From: Chrysomallon squamiferum | Taxonomy: Eukaryota; Animalia; Mollusca | DNA: 64,000 nucleotides | NCBI GenBank assembly: GCA_012295275.1 | Contig: CM022678.1 | Span: 17,670,001-17,734,000, forward strand | Reading direction: 5' to 3' | Part shown: piece by piece, positions 26,823 through 38,636 of the stretch | Numbering within the stretch: position 1 is the stretch's first letter | Layout: the number at the start of each line of letters is the position of its first letter | The notes under the pieces: model-generated | What the model was told of the DNA's origin: nothing | The model's input: the letters and a program-made list of their open reading frames with translations, nothing else | Database searches by the model: none | Program-made: the position numbers and the translations under genes

Positions 26823-29398
26823 ATTTTTTTTTTTCTGCAGTACCAGGCACCGAGGCCTAGGGTGGCCAGTAACACCAGTGGAGGGACTCCCATGGCCTCA
26901 TCCTCAGGGAATCGGAGCGGGGTCAGCCGCACCCCGGCTGCTGGCATGGTAACGACTTTGTTTAGTTTTACTTAAAAACTGTGCATTATTAAGCAGTCCT
27001 GTCAGTGGGAGGGTGCATATATACAAAAACTCTTTGCTGAGTTTTATTAATGTTTACGACACTGAAAATTGTTTTGAGTGACACATTAAATAAAACTTAA
27101 AATTTTTTATTTATTTTAAATCTGACAGCAGCAGGCTGTAGTTATACTGCAGATCTGAGTCCCTGAATCCAACTAACTTCTCAGTCTTATTCTCTGATTT
27201 CTTTCAGTTTACTCACAGTTTCATTTGTCATTTGTACCCAGTATCTCTTGCTCACCTGTTTTTTTCATTACTCACTGCCTATTTCTTTCCTTTATTTATT
27301 TTGTTGACTCTCCAAGTCTCTGAGTGCTCTGCTTTTTAACTCTCCAGTTTCTGCTCCTCATCTGTTTTGTTTCTAATAATGATTTTGCTCTCTTCATTCT
27401 GTTCTCATTTTATTCATTGTCCCATTTCATTTGCTCTCCAAATTCTGTTCCCATCTTGTTTGCTCTCCACATTCTGTTCCCATCTTGTTTGCTCTCCACA
27501 TTCTGTTTCCTTTTTGTTATTCATTTTGCTATTTGTTATTTTGCTCTTCACTTTGTCTGCTTTCCCCATTTTTTTTTTTTCTGTTTTTGTTCTCTCCTAA
27601 TTGTTATTATTTCAGTTTACCCTGTTTATCATTCTATTTATCATTTTGCTCTCTGTTTTTCATATTTATATTTGCTGGCAGATATATTTTACTCTCAACA
27701 TTTCCTTCCCATTTCACTCGTACTCACCTATTCATAAATTTTGATTTTCCACATTTCAGAATCTCATTTTTACACATTTTCTATTTCCCATTTAATTCAC
27801 TCTCCTAATAACAACGATGCCGTCCACATTTCTTTTTTTATTTCATTTTACTCTCCTACTTACGTTGCTCTCCACATTTCTGTTTCTATTTCATTTTACT
27901 CTCCTGCTTACGTTGCTCTCCACAATTCTGTTTCTATTTCATTTTACTCTCCTACTTACGTTGCTCTCCACATTTCGGTTTCCCGTGATTTACTCACTCT
28001 CCTGTTTCTGGTTGTGCTCCAGGAGTCTCGTTACAGTGATTTTGAGTCTGGTGCGAGTTACGTGTCGCCAGTACCGCCAGCCGATGGTCAGCAGTTGAGT
28101 TCTGGCAAGGACTCAGCGTCCAGTCGAATACCTAAAAAAGAAAAGGGACAAAACAAATTAAAAAAAATGTCGTCTTTCCACATGAGGTTTGAGCCTTTCA
28201 GAGAACCCAGAGTTTTGAAAAAATTCATTTTGAATTGACTCTGAATTCATTTTGAATTACTTTGAATTACGTTTTGAATGACTCTGAATTCATTTTGAAT
28301 GTCTTTGAATTACATTTTGAATGACTTTGAAATCATTTTGAATTATGTTGAATTCCGTTTTGCTGATTTTTGAGTTATTGTTGAATGATTCTAAATTGCG
28401 TTTGGATCATTTTAAATTAATTTGTGACGGTTTTAAATTATGTTTTTGAAAATTTTTGTAAGTTATCTTAAAAAGTTATTATTATTATTATTATTATTAG
28501 ATTATTATTACATATTTGTTATTGTTGTTGTTTTTCCTAATTTCATGTTTTCAACTGAGTTGATTCTGATGGTGTTATTTTCTGGGTTTATTTGTTATGT
28601 TTTTTTTACAATTTTTCCTGTTTCTGTAAAGATAATTACTAAAAGATATTCACATAATTAAATGTCACAAAGTTTCATAAAGTGAAAAGTCACATTATAT
28701 TTTTAACACAGTCAGACAGTTAATTATTATTATTAACTGGTTATGATCAATTGCTTAAAACTGTCCTCAGCAACAAGAGGTTCCAAGATCAGTTCTCCTC
28801 TGTAGACTGCTTGTCTGTCTGTCTGTCTGTTATAAATGTCTGTTCTAAATGATAAAGAGCAGTGTTTGCTTCTCTCTATAAGAGAAAGTTTTGATAAAAG
28901 ATTCCCTGTTGCTGTGTTTTAAGAAAGTTAATCTTCCAGTCCTGTGATAAGTTTAAATAATTAAGCAGAGAGAACAAATCTAGTTTATTTAACTGTTTTG
29001 TTTGTTAGCTGATAGGGTTTTTTAATTTTGGGGGGATTTTTCTCCAGTGATTATTTACTCTTGTTATTTTATTTAAATATCTTTATTAATATTTTTGTAT
29101 ATTTCAACAGACTATTATCAAAACACATTTGATTTAATTATTCAGCTTGATATAAACAGTTTCTCTCTCTCTCCTTATATTTCTTTCTCTATTTCAGTAT
29201 GTTTCAAAGAATTCATTCAGTACATTCATTTATTCCTCCAATTAGGATTTATTTTAATCAGTAGCTCTATGTACTAGAATTATTATTAGTAAATAATTTT
29301 ACTGTTATGGTGGAAACTCTTCAAAGTGACAGAAATTCATTCTTTTTTCCCATTCCAGACTCTTCAAATAAACCATTTTACATTTCTTTCATTCTTTC

Positions 29399-29494
<96 letters not shown>

Positions 29495-31154
29495 TATAAT
29501 TTTTATAAATAATTTATTTTTTTATTTATTCATTTTTTTAATAGGGTGCACCATTTTTCATCAAAAAAAATTCTTTAGCAGTGAGAATGTCATTTAATAA
29601 ATAAATAAATTATAAGATAAAATAAAATTAAAGTTCATTACTTCATGAGAACAAATTGCATTTCAGAAATCAACAAAACCAACTGCTGCTGTAAGTACTG
29701 GGCTGCAGAGTTATCTCCCCTTTACCTTGTATATTACCTCCCCTTTGTACCGTCTTGGTGTATGTGTATTGTTTTTCCTGTTTTTCCTGTTGTTGTCTGT
29801 CAATATACATAAACCTTATATTGCTGCTTTAATGTCAGAACTGTTTCCCCTGTTTACCCTCGTTTTTGTGTATATTTTCTTTTGTTGTAAGCTTAAGTAT
29901 ATTTAATTTATATTGGATAATAAACCTTACCACATGGACACGGTTCTATAATTATCTTCCTTTATTGTATGAATTATATTCCCTGTATACCTTCATCAGT
30001 ATATTTAAAATATTATTTTTAATGTGACCTAAACCTTGTTAATGTTATTCTGCATTTATATATAGTCCTATTAAATCTTTTTTAATTCCTTTATTTAAAA
30101 TATTTTTACCTTTATATATAGTTATTATCTTTATTTTACATAATTTATGTTGTATGATAAACCTTGTATTGCTGCTTTGTGTACGGTGTTGTGTATTTAT
30201 CTCCCCTTTACTGTATAGATTACCTCCCCTGTGTACCCTCTTCAGTGTACCTTTACTGTTTTCCATTTTCTTGTTACTTATTTTTGAATTCATTGAACTA
30301 AGTGTTGATTTTGAGAATGTTGATAATATTGCTGTTGATGCTGATTATCAACAGTTGATTCTTACTAGTCGACATATTGATGTTTTGATCTGTAGTAAAC
30401 TGTTATAAAGCAATAGGAACTTTTTTATGGATTTAAACTATTTTGATTGATGCAATTAATTCATTTATTGATGTGATCATTATAAATATTGATAAGAATG
30501 TTGATATTATTAAAACTGTTCCAAGTTGATGATAAATGTAAAGGTTGATAATGGGGTTGTTGATGGAAAGAAAGTTGATGTTTTTAATTCTATTATTCAT
30601 GTAAAACAAGCAGAAATGATGATAAATGTAAAGGAAACTGAAGTTATTTAAATATAGCAGTTGATAATAATGTTGAGAAATGTGAAGATTATTAACAAAT
30701 ATTATGGATGTTAATGTTATTAAATATAGCAGTTGACAAAACTAGTAAATTTAAATTTAAAGATTAATAAGAAGAATTGATGACATAGATTTTAAGAAAA
30801 TTGATATTTTTAAGTATAGCAGTTGTTGGTAAGTGGAAATTTTGATAATGAGAATTCTGGGAGTTGATGTTATTGAGTACAAAAGTTGATGATGTTGATA
30901 ATTGTTACATTTCAGACATCATCAAAGAAACCAGTAAGTATGGAGGCTGTTGCCTAGCAACCTAATATTTATATATATTACCTGCTTTTGTACCTGTATA
31001 CAGAGAGAGCTTTAGTAATATCTTATCTCAATGCTTCAATTGTCATTTTAACATTGCTGCATATACTTTCCTTGTAATCTGAGTGAGTGTGTGTTGTTTT
31101 ACATACTCCTTTGCTTCAGTCACTTTTTGTTATTATGGAATTTTGTTTATATGA

Positions 31155-31203
<49 letters not shown>

Positions 31204-31835
31204 CTTTGTCTGTTTTCTAATGTAGTGGACATTTGTTTTGTTTATGTTTATATATATATTTATGTACATATGTATTTCTGTTCCAAAGTGTGTTCATGTA
31301 GTGTACATATTTTCTAAATGTATAGGTGTATTTATGTCTGTTTGTCTGGCTGTGTGTTTTTATTTCCTTTTATTGTATTTATTTACTTCATTTATCCTGT
31401 TAAAATGTTTGTATTTTGTTTAGTATCTGTTTGCATGTGCTGTCTTTGTATGTATGTATGTGTGTGTGTGTGTGTGTGTGTTTTGGGTAGATGTGTAGGT
31501 GTGTGTTGCATGTTTTGGATAGGTGTGTGTGTGTGTGTATGTGTGTGTTTTAAGAGAGTATCAGTTTGTTGGTGTGTTTGTTCTGTTTGTTTTTTTATGT
31601 ATTTATTTATATGCTTCAGCTGCCATTTTAACATCAAACTGTGCCTTCTGTAGCAGTGTCTGTTCAGCTGTATGTATTAACAAATATAATCAGTTCTTCT
31701 AAACCTCAGATTCGTACATGCTGCTCTGGGTGAAGTATCTGACATCTGTTTTATATAATGTATTTGTTTATGACATTCATTTTGTATTTTATAATTAATT
31801 GTTTATTTACTGCTTACTATTATCATTATTTCTGC

Positions 31836-31872
<37 letters not shown>

Positions 31873-33742
31873 TATTGTCCAATATTTTCTAAAAATACTT
31901 GTTACAAAATAAAAAATACACACACACATAGAATAAAAGACAGCACAAACACATACACACATTTAAAACATATACAATACAACACAAACACACTTTAAGC
32001 ATATACAACAAACAACAGATGTGAGTTGTCTAATATCTTAGCTCTTGTCATTATTCAAAAGGTATTTAACCCACTGTAAAGATCTAACTTTGATAAACTA
32101 CCTTGTTGAAACAGAGTAACAGAGCCCAGTAATGTATATCACTTTGTGTGAATTTGAGTACATGTGTTTGTCTTTTATCTGCCTCTAATCAAGATTCAGG
32201 TCCATTAAACACACACACAGATTAATCACAGATATGTCAGACTGTTACAGGTGTTCATGTCTGGATTGTTACACTTGCTAAAGTGACCACCTGTGTTTAG
32301 GGACCTCTTTTTGGTCATGCTGATCTATTCTAAACAACCATCTGTCAATAAAGACCACATTCGTAATGCTCCAGATATTCTAATAAACTTGCCCATATTA
32401 AACCATTACCTGTTCTGAGAGGACACTTTTTTTTTAAATGAAAAGATGTCTGTCTAAAAGAGACCTTGCTGCTAGGTGAAATCTGTAATGATGGAGGTAT
32501 TTATTTATTTATTTATTTATTTATTTACTTATTTATTTGTTTGTTTGTTTGTTTGTTTATTTATTTATTGAGGCAATATATTTAAAAAGTTATTCTACTG
32601 ACCTACTGCATTATTTCACATACCTTCCTTTATATTTTATTTATAGTTAATTATTTTGTTGGTGTTGTTGTTGTTATTATTATTGTTATTTTTAATGTTC
32701 AGAAATGGCTATATTTTATATTACTGCTTTTCAGACATCATCTAAAAAGCCAGTAAGTATGGGAGGACACATGACATCCCTGTCATTTTTACCTTTTGTT
32801 GTTGTCAGAACATTTCCTTTTGGTGTCTCAGTTTTAACCTTGCTTGAGTTTCATACATTTCATACATTGTCTGAATGTTACCCTGATTATATGAACTGTA
32901 CCCTAATAGGATAAAAAAAATAGCATTTTTCTTTCAATTTACCCTGATAGTATGTATTTCTCATTTCTGTTTGAATTGTTGACCTTGGCTGTTATATTCC
33001 GAAGCATGAATTTTCCTGTGCTTTGAATTTTGAGTCTGTCTGCATATGTTGTTTGAATTTGTCTGTATTGTCTGATCCAGTTAATGTCAGATCCTGCATG
33101 GTGACCTTTACCAATTTAATGTCAGATCCTGTACTGTGAGCTAAACCTAGTTAATGTCAGATCTTGCATGTAACCTCTACAATATTAATGTCAGATCCTA
33201 TAATGTGACCTAAACCTTGTTAATGTTATTCTGCATGTGACCTCTAGAATATTAATGTTAGATCCAGTCCTATGACCTAAATCCTTTTAATGTCAGATCC
33301 TGCATGCAAGCTCTACAATGTTAATATGGTATCCTGTACTGTGACCTTGACCCTGTTATCCTTTATGGTGACCCCTGCCAATTTAATGTTCAGTCCTGTA
33401 ATTTTACTTCTCTGTGTTATTGTCAGATCCTACTAAATTTATATCAGATTTGTACAAGTTAGCATTAAGTCCTTGACATTGACCTCCGTATTAGTGTCAG
33501 ATCAGTGTCATGACCTATGCATGTAATAGCTTTCTGAAACTTTGACCTAGAGCAGAAATAATGTCATGTTAATGTCAGTGCAGTATAATTATGTGAACTC
33601 TGTGAAAATAGATCAGATCTGCTTAAATTAAAAACATTGTAGCCAACATGTAAAATCTTTTATTTTATTTCTATTTTTATTCTTCTTTTTATTTACTTTT
33701 CTTATTAATTTGTCTTATTCTTCTTCTTTTTTTAATCATTTC

Positions 33743-33775
<33 letters not shown>

Positions 33776-34319
33776 GTGTTATTTTTGTTTATTATATTTA
33801 TTTGTTTGTTTATTATAGTACTTTATTTATTTATTTATTTATTTATTTGTTTGTTTTTTTTATTTTTATTTTTATTTTTGGCGTACTGAAATCTCCTGCC
33901 TACTGAATCTTTCAGAGAAACTACTTTTAGTTTGTCCTCTAGGGTTTCAGGTAAGACACAGTTTTAAAACACAAACATTCTGTTGTCAAGGTAACACCAG
34001 TTTCTTACAGATCAACATTGAGACATTTTTAAATTAGCTGCTAATTAAATCTGACTGGATTGTTAATTTTCAGACATCATCAAAAACTGCTGTAAGTACA
34101 CCTGTATGTGTGTCTGTCAGCACACATTTTGTTTTCACTGGTCTCGTAGTTGTCAGTGTTTTTTGTTTCTTTGTTAGATTATGTCTCATGATCTGTATGC
34201 ATGTTAAACATCGCTTGTTGGTCTGTAGGGAATAGAGAGCAGGTTTAGTCAACATTTTTTTTACTTTGTTGTTTTTATAATGTTTGAAAATTTTGATAAA
34301 AACTTAATCAGTGTAGTGT

Positions 34320-34366
<47 letters not shown>

Positions 34367-34496
34367 CTGCAAGTATGCATGAGTACATACATCCATACAA
34401 GCATGTGTTACAGTAATATTTAAAAAATTTAAAATTTATTTTTAATTTTAATTTTTTTTTTTTTTCATTTTTGTCTTATTCTCCACATTGCTGATC

Positions 34497-34546
<50 letters not shown>

Positions 34547-35409
34547 TTTTTTATTATTATTTTTTTTTTATGGTTTTTTTAATCACAAAATTCTTAGCTA
34601 TTTTTCACAAGCTTTCAGTAGATTTCTTACAAACCTCATTAATTAACCTTTACCTGTAGCTGCATGTAACCCTTCAGTGTACATTGTTGTAGTTGTGATA
34701 GTTTTTATCTTTGACCAGTTTCCATGAAAAGCACTAAAAGTCACAGGAACTGGGTGAAACATTTTCTAATATTTTAGAAATCGAGGCAATTTTTTTTTTT
34801 TTTTTTTAATTTTTTTAATTATTATATTTTGCTTTGGTAATTTGTATGTGGTTTTTATTTTTAGCTTTGACAATACTTATTTTTACAGACAGTTTTCTTG
34901 TTGAAAGTGAATTCAGTTTTTAAATAAATAATTTAATAAAGAAAATATGAAGAAAACGTAAGAATAAAAGTCTGTTGGTGTATATGAAATAGATATTACT
35001 TTATGAAAATTATGACATTTAAAATTGTATAAATATCAGTGTTAATGTTTATAAATTTTCTGTTGACATATTAAAATTCAAATCATATAATATTTACTTT
35101 AATGCTGTTATCAGAATGAAGTCTGTTTTTTGTTCATTGTCTAGTGTTTTGTTATATTTCACATTTATTAATCCTATTTATAAAAATAAATCTTTTAACT
35201 TTTTTTTTTTTTGCTTATGTTATTTTAAGTTTTCAGTTTCTGATTACAATTAAAAAAAATAGAACAATAGCTTTTAGAACAAATTTAACACAGATTGAGA
35301 ACTTCTTATACAAAAGTCACAAATAAAAAAAAAAAAAAAAAACTCTGAAATTGTAAATTCTTTTCAGTAGCCTCAACATTGATAGTTAACCTTTCTGTGT
35401 TCAGAACAC

Positions 35410-35466
<57 letters not shown>

Positions 35467-35775
35467 TGCCTTTTTTTTCCATTCAATCAAGAAATTATTA
35501 AAAATGATTTATAAATTACTGAGAGAAAATAAAGATAAAGAAATAAAGAAATAATTAATCAATACTAATAGTCGACTCATTTACATGAGTTACTGAATAT
35601 TTCTGATTAATAATAATAATTATTATTATTAGTAGTAGTAGTAGTAGAAGTAGTAGTAGTAGTAGCAGTAGTAGTAGTAGGAGTAGTAGTAGTAGTAGTA
35701 GAGTAAGAAGTAGTAGTAGTAGTAATAGTAGAAATAGTAGCAGTAGCAGTAGTAGTAGCAGTAGTAGTAGAAGGA

Positions 35776-35811
<36 letters not shown>

Positions 35812-35832
35812 AAAAGTAGTAGTAGTAGTAGT

Positions 35833-35871
<39 letters not shown>

Positions 35872-36199
35872 AAGTAGTAGAGAAGTAGTAGTAAGAGTAG
35901 ATGTAGAAGTAGTAGCAGTAGTAGTAGTAGTAGTAGTATTTATAACAAATAGTCGACGCCTGTTTATGTTTTTGAATTTCTCTCTCTCTAGGGAAGGCGC
36001 TAGGAACACTCTGTCGCCCATAGATGGACAGTCCCCTTCAAGAAGCAAGCGAACAAAATCAGACAGCATGATCAAAACTCCCACCGCACAGAACATCACA
36101 TCACTAGCGAAATTCTGTCACAACTGTGGCACCAGATACTATGTTGCCACAGCCAAGTTTTGTTGTGAATGTGGGATTGGTCGAATAGGGATTTCCTGA
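12168..36199 (+). CDS. ZC2HC1A: Zinc finger C2HC domain-containing protein 1A-like (about 318 aa via exon 28023-28186)
   Basis: Exons: 12168-12183, 18117-18172, 18798-18914, 24045-24183, 24992-25140, 26841-26948, 28023-28186, 35992-36199 (957 nt, in frame). Translation MAANVALQLYPCKICGRKF..KHVKAC..RKVFDSAKQR, SNWRAKHEDFI..IRAAR, PPPPPPSINPDYVQCPYCSRRFNEKAAERHIPFC and C-terminal FCHNCGTRY..AKFCCECGI matches the ZC2HC1A family architecture. Confidence 0.9.
16470..16763 (-). CDS. Candidate nested antisense Cys-rich exons (16763-16707 and 16598-16470) in ZC2HC1A intron 1
   Basis: ctttcactttccag|57-nt open exon|gtaaga, a 108-nt intron, then ttttccaag|ETIKCYTCSHPTNHDHCRKKYECTCNQSAQCDC...*. High-complexity island; no upstream exon identified. 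Confidence 0.3.
   Translation of the reverse strand, partial: LIYSDQHLMCPRRNSLSHQVRKKVIKLNETIYWKPSCAGKHLINNSASVVYSFSKETIKCYTCSHPTNHDHCRKKYECTCNQSAQCDCNLVWPNMNG
18385..18795. repeat. Compound (CTA)n/(TAT)n/(TGT)n microsatellite abutting ZC2HC1A exon-3 acceptor
   Basis: Direct inspection. Confidence 0.95.
18915..19810 (+). repeat. Degenerate TGAGT/GTGAGTT array immediately after ZC2HC1A exon 3 donor
   Basis: Dozens of ATGAGTT, GTGAGTT and TTGAGT words. Confidence 0.75.
19990..20940 (+). repeat. Degenerate ~28-nt array with ACAGGTAAAA core
   Basis: More than a dozen (T)ACAGGT words followed by A-rich sequence. Confidence 0.75.
21139..21153 (+). CDS. Candidate 15-nt in-frame microexon of ZC2HC1A (NDKKD)
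   Basis: catttcag|AATGATAAAAAAGAT|gtgagt. Symmetric phase 0, matching flanking exons 3 and 4; no stop. Confidence 0.6.
22550..23200 (+). repeat. Degenerate AGGAG/GTAGATAG array including an ~89-nt exact-like duplication (about 22990 and 23079)
   Basis: Repeated TTAGGAGGAGA...GTAGATAGTTCT words. Confidence 0.7.
23310..23825 (+). repeat. Second degenerate ACAGGT(A/G)AAA array
   Basis: Repeated TGAAATGAAACAGGTAAAA-like units. Confidence 0.7.
24822..24990 (+). repeat. (TTACTGATG[TTG])n array abutting ZC2HC1A exon-5 acceptor
   Basis: About 12 TACTGA words ending in CTTACTGACAG|. Confidence 0.85.
27820..27985 (+). repeat. 48-nt tandem repeat x3 upstream of exon 28023
   Basis: TTTCATTTTACTCTCCTACTTACGTTGCTCTCCACATTTCTGTTTCTA units. 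Confidence 0.85.
29359..29375 (+). pseudogene. Decayed microexon paralogue (no donor site)
   Basis: ttccag|ACTCTTCAAATAAACCA aligns 15/18 with the TSSKKP microexon, but has a 1-nt deletion and is followed by TT rather than GT. Confidence 0.45.
29667..29690 (+). CDS. Candidate 24-nt microexon of ZC2HC1A (KSTKPTAA)
   Basis: ttgcatttcag|AAATCAACAAAACCAACTGCTGCT|gtaagt. Consensus splice sites; TGC just upstream of the 3' splice site. Confidence 0.65.
30916..30933 (+). CDS. Candidate 18-nt microexon of ZC2HC1A (TSSKKP, copy 1)
   Basis: catttcag|ACATCATCAAAGAAACCA|gtaagt. Confidence 0.72.
32735..32752 (+). CDS. Candidate 18-nt microexon of ZC2HC1A (TSSKKP, copy 2)
   Basis: tgcttttcag|ACATCATCTAAAAAGCCA|gtaagt. 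Differs from copy 1 only at three synonymous third positions. Confidence 0.72.
33080..33570 (+). repeat. Degenerate TTAATGTCAGATCC...TGACCT array between microexons
   Basis: Period of about 35 nt, more than 10 copies. Confidence 0.75.
33943..33950 (+). CDS. Candidate 8-nt phase 0-to-2 microexon (GF+R) or recursive splice site
   Basis: tgtcctctag|GGTTTCAG|gtaaga. Restores the phase required by the terminal exon. Confidence 0.45.
34074..34091 (+). CDS. Candidate 18-nt microexon of ZC2HC1A (TSSKTA)
   Basis: aattttcag|ACATCATCAAAAACTGCT|gtaagt. Confidence 0.7.
34229..34242 (+). CDS. Candidate 14-nt phase 0-to-2 microexon (GIES+R)
   Basis: ggtctgtag|GGAATAGAGAGCAG|gtttag. Joins the phase-0 microexons in frame to the phase-2 terminal exon; the donor resembles other AG|gttt donors in this gene. 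Confidence 0.35.
35630..35938. repeat. Long (AGT)n microsatellite before ZC2HC1A terminal exon
   Basis: Direct inspection. Confidence 0.95.
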
Positions 36200-36259
36200 A
36201 AATTGTTTTTTGTTATTATTATTATTATTATTATTGTTATTATTATTGTTATTATTATG

Positions 36260-36295
<36 letters not shown>

Positions 36296-37794
36296 AGCAT
36301 TACAAGTATTGTTAGTTATTTTTATTTTACGTTTTCAAAATTATTATTATTATTATTACTATTATTAGTATTGTTCGTTATTATTATTATTATTATTTTA
36401 TACGCGAAATATGTTTTAATTAATATAAATAGGTATAAATTTGTAATAGTTAATGTTAATAATTTGTTATTTCTTTTATTTTATTTTTGTTGGTATTTTT
36501 TAAAAAATTTTGTTCTTTTGTTTGTTTGTTCGTTTTGTTGTTTTTGTGTTTTTAAATTATTTTTATATAATAAGAATATTATAAAATTTAATATATATTA
36601 CTGTAAATTAGCAACAATTAATGTTTACAATTTTCATGTTAATTGTTTTGGTTTTATATATATATTTATTTATTTTTTTTTATTTTTTTTTTTTTTTATT
36701 TATCTTTTTAAAACAAACCAACAAAATATAAAAGTAAATATAAATTCAACATTTTGGGTTACTGTTAATGTACTAAAACAAAAAGAAAATTTTCAAATTT
36801 CTTTTTATTTATTTATTTAGATATTAATATTATTCCTCTTCATAATTTATGTTAATCATTATTAATGTTAGAACCATTTTTTTAAATAATATTAATGTGA
36901 CTGATATAATAACTTCATTTCAGATAACCATTTATTTATTTACTTCTGTCTCCTCTTTTTTTTTTTTTATTTTATGTTTTAAATATTCTCGTTAAAATAA
37001 AAATTTCTTATACTCCACTTAACAGAAACCTTGAGCAAAAATATATTTTTTTTAATTTATTTATTTATTTATTTATTTATTTATTATATTTTTTCATTAT
37101 TTTTATTATTTAGTTCAGTAATTTATCTTAGTAATTTTTCCCAAACAGTGATTCCCAGATAACCTTTCCAAAATAATTTTCACCTGTATTAAATAATAAT
37201 AATAATAATAATAATAAGTTTTTCAGTTGTTACTAAGTGTATGTCTGTCTTCACCATCAGAATCAGCAGTTAAACCAGGCAAACCATAAAAACTACTGAG
37301 AAGTCCTTTTTTTAATTATTATTATTATTATTTTTTTTTTTTTTGAGATTTTACAGTTACTGACATTAATCTTGGCACATCCCGAAAACTGCAAAAGCTA
37401 TGGAAACAGGGATATTATCAATATGGACCACATCACACGAAGATTAAGAATATTTAAATAATTTTCAGTACACACCAAAATTTGATTTAATTGCTGATTC
37501 TGTTTGTTTTATGAGTTTTGCAAGAAAAATGTTTCAAAATATGTGATCCGAAAAACAAACGAAATACAAGATCTGAAAATATTTGAATTATTTGCCCAGT
37601 CAGAGTTTTCTTTTTGCTGTTGATGTTTTTTCCTTGTATGCTGATGTTGAGGCTGCTGTTGGTGTTGTTGTAAAGATGTGTGTGTACACAAATATATATG
37701 TAGAAACTGAGAGGTAGCATAAAGATAAGTGTTGTCAGAGTGTATGTGTGTATTGCTAATCAGAAAATTATTATACTTCGATATTATTTCCAAA

Positions 37795-37836
<42 letters not shown>

Positions 37837-37999
37837 CATTATTATTTTTATTATTATTATTACTATACATTTCAAATAACAGATTATCTGTTTCCAGTTT
37901 TCAAAAGAATGATACAAAGAAAAGATAACTAAATTTTCATATCTGTATTTCTAATAATTTACTCATCTTTTTTCATATTTTTTAAAACTGGTATTATTT

Positions 38000-38036
<37 letters not shown>

Positions 38037-38489
38037 CTAAATTATAATAGATTTTTAATACTTTTTCAAATCTGTTGATAAGTCTAATTTTCATAAAATA
38101 ATTCAGTATTTATCTTAACAGATATCTTTAAAAACTCTTATTTCTTTTTTATTTATTTATTAATTTATTTTATTTTATTATTTTTTTATTATATATTTTT
38201 TACTTATTTATTTCATTTATTTATCTTTCTTTTTTTGTCCTATTTACATAGCAGTAGTTGTAATCATCGTCATAGACGGAATAATTAAAATATTTTTTAA
38301 ACTGTATTGTGAACACATATACTGTTTATTCAGCATAATGGTGTTAACTATGCATGTATCTGCAAAACCACCGAGAATTTTTGAATTCATAAATATTTTT
38401 CTACACTAATTCTAGCTTAGATTTGCTTAGAAAAATTATTATTATTATTACAGTAATTATCTTTACTATCCGTTTTGTTTATTTTTCTT

Positions 38490-38636
38490 CAGGGGAGACC
38501 ACTCCCTATAAATCGAATATTTAAAGTACATTCTGAAGTGCCCTGTGGGGTTAATGACCCTTGAAACAGGAGCCCCACTCCTGCTGGGCCAGTCCTAAAA
38601 ATAGCATTAGGATGTCATTTAGAGTGGTCTCCCCTG
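38490..38636. mobile_element. 147-nt element with 15-bp perfect terminal inverted repeats (MITE-like or structured RNA)
   Basis: CAGGGGAGACCACTC (38490-38504) and GAGTGGTCTCCCCTG (38622-38636); GC-rich island; internal hairpins; no clear target-site duplication. Confidence 0.5.

Noticed and set aside
38490-38636. Hammerhead ribozyme or SECIS interpretation of the hairpin element
   Set aside because: No CUGANGA core in the correct context, and AUGA/AA/GA spacing does not fit on either strand.
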